The notes under the pieces: generated by a model
What the model saw: only the letters and a program-made list of their open reading frames with translations
Database searches by the model: none
Told to the model about the DNA's origin: nothing
Program-made: the position numbers and the translations under genes
Part shown: positions 13,901-27,000 of the stretch, piece after piece
How the letters are laid out: each line of letters begins with the position of its first letter
Position numbering within the stretch: the first letter of the stretch is position 1
Source: Antedon mediterranea
Taxonomy: Eukaryota > Animalia > Echinodermata
DNA: 64,000 nt
Assembly (NCBI RefSeq): GCF_964355755.1
Contig: NC_092679.1
Location: 8,276,201-8,340,200, forward strand
Direction of reading: 5' to 3'

Positions 13901-14042
13901 CTGTTCTGCATGGAACCCCCGCAGTTTAAACGCGGATGAACGGATGAATAGTAATGAAGTGAGCAAGTATAGCTCAAGAAAGAGAAGCTATTCTTCTGTG
14001 GTTTTGTCCGCGTTTAAACTGCGGGGGTTCCATGCAGAACAG
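13901..14042. mobile_element. Short MITE with TA TSD (Tc1/mariner-type)
   Basis: TIR CTGTTCTGCATGGAACCCCCGCAGTTTAAACGCGGA, flanked by TA. A lone copy of the same TIR lies at ~10337-10370. Confidence 0.75.
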
Positions 14043-14167
14043 TAATGTTTGTGTCTTTAAGATTTGTAACTTTTTTTTCATGTTCTTTGTTGTCAGTAGC
14101 GCAGTGAGCGTAATTTTTTAGACGGATGCTTGCGCTTTACAAATTTCTATTATTTCTAGCCTAATAG

Positions 14168-14287
14168 TGAGGTTTCGCAATCTTACGAATTGGCCTACGA
14201 TAACGGGTACGATAACGAAAACGGATACGTCACGCACACGTATTCGTTTTCGTTATCGTATTCGTAAGAGGTTGCGAAACCTCCCTA
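14168..14287. mobile_element. Internally deleted copy of the 6721 MITE family
   Basis: Both TIRs present with almost no interior. Confidence 0.7.
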
Positions 14288-16139
14288 AATTCGGCATATG
14301 TCATTTAACGGTACAGATACATAATTAGGTAGGCTACGTTTGTGTCTTTTATATGCAACAAACGTAAAATAATTGTTATTCAGCTCAGTAGTTTACTATT
14401 ATTAGTATTACAATGATGAACATTTGATTCATAAACCCGGAAAGGCAATCCCATCAATCCATTATAAAATTGCACCATATCACCAAAAAGTATATCGTAA
14501 AAATTAATGATGATGTACGTGTGTGTATAATACTATATAGTGTCGTGCGTCCGTGTAGGCCTACGTGCCTCTTCACTGTCTTGTTAAATTAAAAATTCAT
14601 TAACCCATTGACCCCTAAGTTTATTTTGCTCCCCTGGGACCCAAAAAGCATATGTCATATAATTAACCCTAACTTTTTTTCTAAACACAGACATTAAAAA
14701 AATTAAAAAACAAAAATAATGCAAAGGACATTTTATTTCCAAATATGTTTTCAAATTTGTGTTACAACTTATTTTGGCGGAGTATGGATTATGCAAATTT
14801 TAGAAATATTTTAGGAAAATTATTAAAAATTTGTAATTTATCTTTGACTACCAAATGCACAAAAATTAATAAATATTTCATAATAAAACTCATCTCTTCA
14901 TCAGAACCTATTTCTTCTCTTCAAAATAAGACCAAACTTGACCATTATGAATGACCGGTTTCGAAATTATGAAGAAATTAGTAGACTGACTCATCCGACG
15001 ATGACCATATGGGGCCTAGGCCTATCGGGAGCCGCCCCGAGAGCGTCCTCGCCGCTGTTTGTTCACCGGGAATGTTAAAAAAAACATCCCGAAAGCGACT
15101 TGGAATTCGCGATTCCCACGCGCACCGGCATCCCTCGGGAGCTTAGTCCGCTGTTTTAGACGTGTAGCTTGCAGAAAATTTGACGAAAATGCGTCGAAAA
15201 CTTATGAAATTAAAACAAGTTTGGTATCAAAATGTTTGTCAAAAGTTATGCTTCAATAAACTGACCTTTGCGCAGAGTTTGAACAAATATTTCATGCCCA
15301 TAATGCATCTGACATGTCAGGGTTCATATTACAATCAAAGGTAAACAATATGGCGCGGCCCTTGTGAGGACATCTTCACGACTTTTCTCCGGTAGAAAAA
15401 TCACATTTTTACATGGAAATATGACGATTTAGACACTGTAACTGATACATAATCTTTATTTATTATACATTTATTGTATACAAGCTTCAAAATAGTGATT
15501 ATTAGAAATAAAGATGGATTTTAGACGATTTTACGTTGTATGTCTAGGCCTAGATTCATTCAACGCGCCTGTCGCGTTTCGAACAGCGTGCTTCGAAAAA
15601 CGGTTATATTTTCGAATTTTATTTTCAAACTAACTTCAACAATTGTTTTTATATATTTAGAAGCATATTTTTAAAAAAAAAGTTGTGAGTATTTTGTATA
15701 ATTTGTTGTTACGATTCATGCACAGCAAACTGCGCATGTAAATTCGATTTACTTTTTTTTTGTTGAAAATTTGTTTACAATGACCTTGACTTTTAACCTT
15801 TTGAGCGCTTTAAGCGCTTATCGTGGTGAATCGGTTTTAAACGCCCGATCGGATGAGGATATTTATTAGGTTTGATAATTAGATCGTTATAACCAAAAGG
15901 GTTGAACGGAATTTCTTCAGTAAAATCATCATTTTTGTAATGATTTTCAAAAAGCACATTAGGCCTACTCCAACCTGAATAAAAATTAAAACACAAATTA
16001 TGTATATAGGCCTAATAGGATATAATAGGCCTACACATCATTATAATGTGTACGACATTTAGCGCGACCAAAGTAGGCCTAACAACGCGATCGATATCAA
16101 ACGCAACCGATATGATTAACAAAAAAATGCAAAAAACTT

Positions 16140-19100
16140 AGTAATTTGGCGTTTCATCGCCATGTTTTGCGAGTTGTTACACAGCGTCGGCGGCGCTTCA
16201 TACCGAAATAAAACCGCGGGCGACTTTGCGTTGGGGCGACTTGACTGGTTCCCTCCCGCCCCCCCTTCCCCCTGCTGGGGGATCGTCCTTCTCCATGCTT
16301 ACTGATGCGTGACAACAAAAAACAACCACAATATTTTTTCACGAGAGAGTGACAGATTAAATAATAACCATCATTACTCTACTGGTAATATAATATTAAT
16401 AGGATTACTGAGCCCTATAGGCCTAGTTCTAGTTACGGTAAGAGCATTTATTATTGTAATTTTGAGTAATTTTAAGGGGTGGGTACGAAACTGCATTAGC
16501 GCCAATAATAATAGGCCTAGAATTTGAAGATATTTTAATAATACTGCCTAGCTAGGAGATACACGTACACACACGTACACACACGTACACACAGAGTCTA
16601 GAGTAGCAGCATTTATTTGTTAGTCGTCACACCCTAGTTAACCTAGCCCGAATCCTGGACGATTCGGCCCACTTTTGGTGGGACGATTCGGCCCACTTTT
16701 GAGATTCGAAACTTGAATTTACCAGGGAGATTTGGCCAAGGCGTTTTACTCACTGAGCTATAGCTGATGATTTACGAAATACATTATATGTTCCAAGGAT
16801 ACGGTAGGTGTAATTAATTAAATGCAATCAGTCGATACAATTTGCCGGTTTTCGAGACTAAACTTTGTATTTGACGGCTCGGCATGGTATTTGTTTGTAG
16901 ATCCGGCCATTGTACAACAGTGGAAGCAGTGTAGTTGGGGTGTGTCGAAAGCGAAGACCTCGAAAGCGAAGATCGAAGACCGAAGACCTCGAAAGCGAAG
17001 ACCCTACGAAATGGTAGTGTTTACAAAATCCGACCAAAATCATACAAAATCGTGATAACACCTTGAATTTACAGATTCTAAAAAAATATTTCGATTTTAA
17101 TTGTTACGTTATCAAAAAACATGACTTTATCTATGAACAAGCTCACGCGTTTTCACCAATGGAGTTAATATGTGATATGGTTTTACGAACAAACACATCG
17201 CGCTATTTGCAAGGCGACGGACGCACAAGAAGGACCTCGCACAGAGCATTGAATTGAATGCAAAATTAAATGTCACTTTTGTTCCGATAACTTTGTAGCA
17301 CACGTCGCCTACAATTTAAACCCATAGCCAATTGTTTATAAGTATAGAAATAAACTACATAAAGTAAATTGTAAGAAGTAAAGGATGGCGGTAGGCTTTT
17401 TTAGGCTTATTTTAGAGCCTATATAAAAAGTGTCCGTATTTTGATTTTATATGTTGCTATGTGTTTTTTATCTATAATATTTGCCTATTGTTTATTATCC
17501 AAATGTATAAATAAATACAATAAGATATTCATTTTCCTGTATTGTATTTAAACTTTTACATTTTCCCATTGTATACTATTGCTGTTTTACTTAATCGCCA
17601 GTTTCAAAATGTTTTCTAATGTATTCATAATAGACAAATAATATATCAGTATCAGAATATTTAGTGTGGTTGGTGAAACGACAGTAGGCCTACTATGTAA
17701 AGAAAAATTTAAAAAGGAAAATAAATATTTCATTAACCAACGTATAAACCACTAACAAAAAAATCCTGCCACAACGTATCGTATTGATGCGCAACGTAAA
17801 GAAAATACTCATCTATCTATTTTGCATCCCCTCACGATCGAAAAGATCATTATGATGAACGTAAAGCAGAAACGGTGTGTTGAACACGTCGATTCCCACT
17901 TGTGATGACACGCAAGGTTATTTCCTTAAGCTTGGTTCCCACTAGAACGTAACGCAAGAACGTACACGCAACGCAAGCGTTTTAACCAATGACAAGCGAA
18001 GTTATAGACAGTTAGCAATCAGAAGCGAATAAGCCATCGCTTGTGATTGGTCAATTCACTTGCGTTGCGTTACGTCCTTGTGTTGCGTCGCTAGACCACG
18101 CATTACGGCGCACTTTGCGTGGATACGTTGCGTCGATCTGAAAACAAATTTCAGCTCTTAAAATATTTCCCGGGCCGATGACAGTTCGTCCCAATAGCTT
18201 ACCGTGAACTAACGGAACTTTATTTTATATCTTTTTATTGTCAAAATCAAAAATTATACTGTATTCAAATTAATAGGCCTACTGTAGAACGAACGATAGG
18301 CATCACATTCTGAAGATTTTGCTCGATCGTTAACCCGTTATAATAGTATATAATTCTCTTAGATTTGTTTGTGTAGTGTCAATTCTATATTTAAATGGTC
18401 AGTATACAACCGGTAACCTGTTTCTTCATTTTTTTAAAATTTATATTTTCTTTTGTTAATGGAGACTCATGGCAGGGATATGCAAACATTTAGAAGCGGG
18501 ACGTCGACAATCTGTTGAAAATCGGGAGACTGTTGAATAGTCGTCTCATCCCACAAGCCTGTGAGATAGAAGGTTGGGGGTTAGAGTGGTTAAGCCCGAT
18601 AAAAATTCACCATCCTTAACAAAGACATGTATAGAGAGTAACTCTTTTTTTTGTATTCACCACGGGCAATGCTTCAGAAGTCAGTTTTTTTACTTTGATG
18701 ATAAGGACAATTGTGGTTGGCGGAACTGGAACTTCATTAAACTGTCTGGAACTGGAAATGTCTTTTGACAGTGTCGGTAAACGTAATACCGATATAAATA
18801 AACACCCGTTTTAATATCGTCACTAATCACATTGCAACCGTAACAAAATCAACAATTTTGGAGCGAATATTTTTTATTTCAATCATTGTTTTGAATGGCT
18901 TTTGTCTTTGTTAACGTTGACATAATGGCATAATTAAATGTTATTCTGAATTATGGAAGCCGTGAAACAGATGATATGTCGCAGGAAACGATCGATTATA
19001 ACCAAAATTTGCAGAACGCTGATTCCTATCGTTCGTTCTTTTTAGCTTTTTGTCAAATCATAATTTGAATATGTTCTGTCAAATTTGGCCTGGAAATATT

Positions 19101-20323
19101 TTAAGAGCTGGAATTAGTTTCCAGATCCACGCAAAGTGCGCATTAAGAACAAACTTGCGTGTCCTCACAAGTGGGAGCCGACGTGTTCAACACCGTTTAT
19201 GCCTTACGTTCATCGTAATGATTCTCTCGTGAGGGGATGCAAAATAGAGTATTTTCTTATGTTGCGCGTCAATACGATACGTTGCGGCAGGATGTTTTTG
19301 TTAGCTTATTCGCTTGTGATTGCTAACTGTCTATAACTTCGCTTGTCATTGGTTAAAACGCTTGCGTTGCGTTTACGTCCTTGCATTACGTTCTAGTGGG
19401 AACCAAGCTGTTCATACGTTGGTTAATGAAATATTTATTTTACTTTTTACATTTTTCTTCTTTACATATTACTGTCGCTTCACCAATCACACTCACTAAC
19501 CGATACTGATAATATTATTTGTCCATTATTATTAGAAAAACATTTTTAAACTGGCGAATAATTAAATCAGCAAAACTGCAGTATAGGCTAAAATGGGGAA
19601 AATGTAAACGTTTAAAATACTATACAGAATAATTAAAGGAAAATAAATATCTTATTGTATTTATTCATACATTTTAGATAATATGCAAATATTATAGATA
19701 ATAAACATAATATCAACATATTTAAATGCAAAAAAAAAAAAGGATCTCTAAGTTGTATTCACGCGTATAACATTTTTTAAAACAAGTGTAAAATCTATGA
19801 TACGGACACTTTTTATATAGGCTCTAAAATTAGCCTAAATAGGGCTATCGCAATCCTTTGCTTCTTATAATTTACATATTGTAGTTTATTTCTATACTTT
19901 TCTATACAATTTGGCTATGGTTTTAAATTGTAGGCATTGCATTCAATTCAATGCTCTGTGCGATGTTCTTCTTGTGCGTCCGTCGCCTTGCAAATAGCGC
20001 GATGTGTTTGTTCGTAAAACCATATCACATATTAACTCCATTGGAGAATACACGTGAGCTTGTTCATAGATAAAGTCATGTTTTTTGATAACATAACGAT
20101 TAAAATCGAAATATTTTTTTAGAATCTGTAAATTCAAGGTGTTATCATCAGTTGTTTGTGATTTTGGTCCGATTTTGTGTACACTACCATTTCGTAGGGT
20201 CTTCGCTTTCGAGGTCTTCGGTCTTCGATCTTCGCTTTCGAGGTCTTCGCTTTCGACACACCCAGTGTAGTTGATATGTGACGTAACAACTCTCAAAACA
20301 TGGCCGCTGAAACGCCAAATTAC
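16140..20323. mobile_element. Older inverted-repeat element enclosing the foldback
   Basis: AGTAATTTGGCGTTTCA..GCCATGTTTTG.GAGTTGTTAC at 16140-16180 is inverted at 20283-20323; weaker similarity extends outward, so true ends are uncertain. Confidence 0.45.
16938..20263. mobile_element. Mutator-like (MULE) foldback element with ~1.2-kb inverted arms
   Basis: Ends GGGTGTGTCGAAAGCGAAGACC and its inverse; 10-bp TSD AGTGTAGTTG at 16928-16937 and 20264-20273; arms ~16938-18250 vs ~19030-20263. No transposase ORF. Confidence 0.85.
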
Positions 20324-20792
20324 TGTTATTTTTTGCCTTTTTTAGTGTTTATCCTAAAAATTCATGAAAATGATATAGCATATCGTGTGCGGTCATCAAG
20401 AAACACCAGTGTGCTAAATGTGACCACGTACCATTCAGCGGTTTCAGATATTTAGTAGCATTAAATTAATATATTAGATAGACCAAAACATTGCAGAAAT
20501 ATTAAAATTTTCCCAAAAAATCTCAGTTGGTATTGGTTTATATGTAAAAACTTGTAGAGAAGAAATATAGATATGATCCTATCCTATGATCTGAAGTAAA
20601 TAGTACTGAATACTACTGTAAATGTAATTAGTATTAGTATTGCACTTTATTATGCATGAAATACACAATGAATATACAACATAAAGAGTGCAAATGGTTA
20701 TGTGAAGTGGAATTTTGTGTGAAAGATGGAATTCATATTCAGTATTAATTTTTTTCTGCATTTCAGATACATGTCCATAGAAATATCCACCG

Positions 20793-21005
20793 ATGAAAGC
20801 CACAAGACATTTTCGTTTCTCTACACAACTCCTATATTTGTGCATTACTTCACTGATCATCGGTGTTGTTGTAACATTATGGAATGTTCATGTGTTACAT
20901 ATTATGCAAAAGTTACACATGGAAACTCATCACGCTGTAGAAGTATATGAACCACTGTCTTTTGTAAAAAGAAACACGCCAGTTTATTGGATTCATGCTC
21001 AAAAT
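20793..21005 (+). CDS. TTLL15: TTLL15-like coding exon 1 (hydrophobic anchor; GC donor)
   Basis: MKATRHF...LLYLCITSLIIGVVVTLWNV...PVYWIHAQN|GCAAGT, in phase 0 with the next exon. Confidence 0.75.
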
Positions 21006-24000
21006 GCAAGTATATTATTCTTACCAGCTATTTAGTCAGAGTTCATGAAAATGAATTAGTTCAATTTATTATGAAAGTTATGAAAAACGATAATCAAATG
21101 TAAAATCGATCTTTAAATGTTTCCATTTTGCACTTTTACTAAATGCACATGGCACAAACAATGTTCAAAATTTGGACATGCTCAAAATGGCCCGAAACAT
21201 GCAGTACAGTTTTTTGTCTATGAATTTCTTTACCAAACACTATAGGTCCAAATTTCATTTGGGTAAGCTCTTAATAATGATCAAGAATTTGTTTGAAAAA
21301 TTGCTTTTAAAACAGTACACATAGTAATAGTGCATCCTCAATGTAAAACATCCTTTACAAAATCCAAAGTAAACTAAAAAATATATATAAAATAAAAAGT
21401 AACCTAAATTAAACAGTAGTACCCCCTCCTCCACTAATCCAAAAAATAACAACTAGAGGGAATCTATAGTATAATTTCCCTACATATTTCTCCCGACATA
21501 AGATTTCCCCCAACATTTAAAAATATTGTTGTGCCTTAGTGCTGAGTGTGATTAGGCTAATTACATTCCAACCTTGTGAATGGGTCATTCCACGTCAAAT
21601 CAACCAATGGTGGTATGGGTCACGTCATGGATTTGGTTTTGGTCGTTTTGAAAATATGGCCTATTGAAGACGGGGTACTATAATCTTCAGAATTCACATT
21701 ATTTTGAGTAATTGAATATTTTGTGTTTTGTAATATGATTTATGACACTTTAAAATTAACATACAAAGCTGTAAATTGGTATCTAGGGTCAATTCCCATC
21801 ATATAATGCAAATCTGGCCTCAAAATAAGTGTATCTCAAAAGGGGTTTTCACACAGAAATGCGGCAATTTTGCGGTAGGTAAGCTGACGTTATTGCCGAT
21901 CTAGACCCATTCTCACAGAAGGTAATATTACGGTTTATGTGTGAAAGGCGCAATATTTAAAGATTACTGTTCTAATAAAATAAAGGTCGCACTTTTTTAG
22001 GGAAAAAAATGGCAGGCACCGCCGACGAAACATGCCTTTCGTGCACATTATATCCACTGCTTATGGTAGAAGTTCTTTTGCAGCAATAGCACCTTCATTA
22101 TGGAACAAACTTCCACTCTTTGTGAGACTTGCTCCTTCAGTCAGTATTTTTAAATCACGACTGAAAGCCCATCTGTTCTCATCCGGTATTAATTAACTTA
22201 TTCATTCATTCTTTATTCCTTCCCCGAAACCTTGACTCAGAAATACCGGGATGGTGTCCGGCGGGGGATAGTTTAACCCTAGCTTAAGTTGTGCATGCTT
22301 CATTTACTCTCTATTCTTAATTCTGGCCCCGAAACCTTGACTCAGAAATACCGGGATGGTGTCCGGCGGGGGATAGTTTTACCTTAGTTAAGCATAGTTA
22401 AGCTTAGTTACATTTTTTTTTCACATTATTGATTGTCTCCATCCCCGAAACCTCGACTAAGAAATACCGGAATGGTGTCCGGCGGGGGATAGTTTATTAC
22501 CATTAGTTAAGGTCCTATGTAAAGCACCTAGAGGGGTCAGTGATCCATTAGGCGCTATATAAATACTGTTTATTATTATTATTATTATTATTTGCTGCTG
22601 TTGTGTGTCCATTGTTTAGTTTTATTGGTTTTTATTTACGCTGCATAAAAACGCTATATTTTTGCCCAACACTCCATGCTAATAATTGTCCTATCAGGAT
22701 TAGTAGAGCAGTTAACGCCATAAAAATAGCCAAGTTGTGCACTTTATTACCAAAGCATGAAACTTTCCACAAAGTTTCTTTGATGTATATAGATTAAAAA
22801 TATCGGGGGGTGCCAAGTGTCCAACGTCCGGTATGGCGGCCATCTTGATTTCAAAATGGCCACCATAAAAACAAAAAGTGTTCATATCTTGGCAACTATA
22901 AACAGTAGAGACTTGGTTCTGGTGTTAAATTGTTCACAAACCACATATTTCTATTTGTTCTAATGTAAAGTTTCGTCCAAAAATGACCGGAAATGACGTT
23001 TCTTCCAGTTTGACCTTTGACCTATTATTTGTATCTCAGTAACTACTGATCATTTTCAATCGATTTTGGTGTCATTTTGTTCAGAATAGAGACATTTATA
23101 TTTGTAGTAATGAAACATTTTCACATAAAATGACTGGAAATACAATTTATAACCTTTGACAATGACATAATTATGTGAACATACTGTATGTGGTTTACAT
23201 TGGTATAAATGCACCTAATTTTTATACCGAAATAAATGACACATAACGCAAAAATGACCAGGAATTATTATTCTGAATTTTTGACGTTTGATGTGATAGG
23301 ATAGGCATAAAGTATGACAGATCACTGAGCTCATCTATGCCGACTTGTTTGATGTGTCAATCGTTAGATAACAGTTTTGGTCCTCTCTCCTTCATCTTTT
23401 CTTTTTTTTTTTTTTTTATGTATTATACCATATGTTGAATTGAATTGTTAGATGCCATTTGGAAAAAGTTTTGATGTAAAGTAGCATTCTTTCGTTGGCC
23501 TCTTTGATGTTGCATATGAGACAAGTTCGGAAAGTTCTCATTTTCGTGAGTTAAGAGAAGAGAACACCATCTTTCAAAGTACTTACTACAAACTTATCCT
23601 GCATTTGTGCAGTAGACCTCAAAGTCAAAAACTCAGATAATTCTTGTTCATTTTCGTTGCATCTAAAAAAATGTACTCCATTTTTATGGTATTGCTGTAA
23701 ACCTTTCATCTGAATCATTTTCTCTAGTCATTGATTTTTTAGCAAAATCCGAACCAAATCAATTCGTAAAAGACATCTCAATATAATTATTCAAATAATC
23801 CTCAAATTAGTGACATGGACCTACAATATACTGTTCTGTACAAGACCTTTTTAAGCATCCACCTGTGGACTTTCACTTTGAAGGTCTTGGTCTCCTAATC
23901 ATACAAGAAACAATGTCTGATTTAATCAATCAAAGCAGTGGGTCCAGACAAAGAAGGGGGTGTAAGACCATCCACATACAAAGAAGGGGGTGTAAGACCA

Positions 24001-27000
24001 TCCATATACAAAGAAGTGGGTATAAGACCATCCACAGACAAAGAAGGGGATATAAGACCATCCACAGACAAACAAAGAAGGGGTGTAAGACCATCCACAG
24101 ACAAAGAAGGGGGTATAAGACCATCCACAGACAAAGAAAGGGGTATAAGGCCATCTACAGACAAAGAAGGGGTGTAGGACCGTCCACAGACAAAGAAGGG
24201 GTTGTAAGACCATCCACTGACAAAGAAAGGGTATAGGACCATCCACAGACAAAGAAGGGGGTGTAGGACCGTCCACAGACAAAGAAGGGGGTGTAAGACC
24301 ATCCACTGACAAAGAAATGTGTATAGGACTACTTACAGACAAAGAAGGGGGTATAAGACCATCCACAGACAAAGAAGGGGTGTAGGACCATTCACAGACA
24401 AGGAAGGGGGTGTAGGACCATCCACAGACAAAGAAGGAGAGGTAAGACCATCCACAAACAAAGAAGGGGGTATAAGACCATCCACAGACAAAGAAGGGGG
24501 TGTAAGACCATCCACAGACAAAGAAGGGGTGTAAGACCATCCACTGACAAAGAAAGTGGTATAGGACCACTTACAGATAAAGAAGAGGGTATAAGACCAT
24601 CCACAGACAAAGAAGGGGGTGTAGGACCATCCACAGACAAAGAAGGGGTGTCGGACAATCTACAAACAAAGAAAGGGATGTAAGACCACCCACAGACAAA
24701 GAAGGGGTGCAAGACCATCCACACACAAAGAAGGGATTATAAGACCACCAACAGACAAAGAAGGGGGTGTAGGACCATCGACATACAAAGAAGGGGGTAT
24801 AGGACCATCCACAGACAAAGAAGGGGTGTTAGACCATCTACAGACAAAGAAAGGGGTGTAAGACCATCCACACACAAAGAAAGGGGTGTAAGACCATCCA
24901 CACACAAAGAAAGGGGTTTAATACCATCAACAGACAAAGAAAGGGGTGTAATACCATCACCAGACAAAGAAGGGGGTATAAGACCACCCACAGACACAGA
25001 AGGGGGTATAAGACCATCCACAGATCAAGAAAAGGGTGTAAGACCATCTACAGACAAAGAAGGAATGTTAGGACCATATTAACCCAGGAAGCATACAAAA
25101 AGAAGATGCAATCAAAATAGGCCTACCACTTCGAAAACAATAAATTGTAGAATAACTGAGGCTTAATTGTTGAAATATAAAGGGTTCTTTGTAAGGTCAT
25201 TAATAATATATTGATATAAACACGATCATCATACTAATTATTTGAAATTCAAATACAGTCTATCTCGAAAAGAGGCTCATACTATCACCTTTTTGAGGTT
25301 TTACGGTATTCCATACATGTATGTTATTTCCTCTGTCAAACTATTAAAACTTTTAGCGAATCAGAAGGTGCCAACATCGTTGAACTAATGGTACCACCAA
25401 GCACAATGTTTACCAATTTTATGTACTATATACAATTTAAGTCTATTAATCATTTAATATAATTACGCCTATCAGGTAAAAGTTCAAAATTAGGTGCATT
25501 TAAGACCAACAAAAACCACATACAGTATATTCACATAATTAAAAATCAATAAATAAATGTCAAAGGTCATAAATTGTATTTTCGGTCATTTTATGTGAAA
25601 ATGTTCCACTACTACAAATATAAATGTATTTATTCTGAACAAAATGACACCAAAATCGATTGAAAATGACCAGTAGTTACAAAGATATACAAATACAAGG
25701 TCAAAGGTCAAACTGTAAGAAACGTCATTTCCGGTCATTTTTGGACGAAACTTTTCATTAGAGCAAATAGAAATATATAGTTTGTGAACAATTTGAGACC
25801 AGAATTAAGTCTCTAATGTGTATAGTTGCCAAGATATGAACATTTTTTGATTTTATGGTGGCCATTTTGAAATCAAGATGGCCGCCATACCGGACGTTGG
25901 ACACTTGGCACCCCCCGATATTTTGAATCTATATACATCAAAGACACTTTGTGGAAAGTTTCATGCTTTGGTAATAAAGTGCACAGCTCATGTCATTAAC
26001 TGCTCTACTAGATGGCCATTCTATACTAATACTAATAGTAATAGGCCATTTTAGGCCGCCTAAAATGATTGCCACAGTCTTTCTCAAGGAAAATGTTCCG
26101 AATTTAACCTTTGTTTTAATGCTTTGCTGTGTAAGCAGGCGTTATATCGTGGACTCTTTCACACTGATCAGGCTTACGAACGTGACGGTAATATTACTGC
26201 AATTTTACTAAGTCCAGAGGTGGTCTAACGGAAGCCGGCATTAAGGGGTTTTTACCCTTTCCCTTTTACCCTAGGCCGGAGTTCACGAATTACCGCACTA
26301 TTACCGTCTTACAGCTCTGTGTGAAAGGGGGTATATACTTTTCCATTTAATTGTTATGAAAACCCTAGGTGATTGTACTGGTCTAATTAGTTTTAGACCC
26401 CCTTAATGGTAAGTAAGAACAATCAGAAAAGCTTTATATTGTATATGACCACTTGTGGTTGCCTCAATGAAATATTAGACCATTTACTCTTTTCAACTAT
26501 TTCTGGCATGGCTCTAAAGTTGGTTATACAGACCGAAATTGGGCAAAAATGCTGATATTTACGTCGTGAGGTAATTTCCCGCATGATCGTAATCAAAAAC
26601 ATACTGGGTTTGGTCTACTAGCGTTCCTGCTTTATCATTTGACCAACAATTGTCAAATGACAGGAGTTTATTTAGGTGTTATATAATTTATAATATAATA
26701 AATTGACAACAAAATGTTATTTCATATACTGTAGATACAAACTGGTTATTTGGACCATGTTATGGCAGTTTTTGATCGAATAGGCTACATAAAAGGTGGA
26801 CACAATTCTGATTGGGATGTATTGTGGTCGCATGATTATCCATTTACGGAGCTTCGTGAGAAAATTTCAAAGATAAGACCTCATCAAAAGGTAGGTAAAT
26901 TATCTCTGCCAAAGGTACTGTAGGTGAATGAGAATGTCTTCAAACCTCCATGTTTTTCCAAGTAAAAGATCTAAAAAATTAATAAAGAATATTCTAAAAA

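Noticed and set aside
14598-14640. TTAA-CCC piggyBac-like left end
   Set aside because: No convincing right TIR located.
18509-18606. GC-richer stretch with AAGCCCGATAAAA resembling part of a twister ribozyme
   Set aside because: Remaining twister core and pseudoknot partners could not be identified.
17063-20296. Duplicated ORFs LNLQILKKYFDF...
   Set aside because: Mirror products of the foldback arms; no recognisable domain.
22222-22495. CRISPR-like repeat-spacer appearance
   Set aside because: Eukaryotic LINE 3' UTR, no cas genes, repeats too long and spacers partly related; kept as an RNA-motif candidate instead.
23865-25047. Many overlapping repetitive ORFs (SLSVDGLTPP, RPSTDKEGG)
   Set aside because: By-products of the ~30-bp minisatellite, with frequent frameshifts between units.
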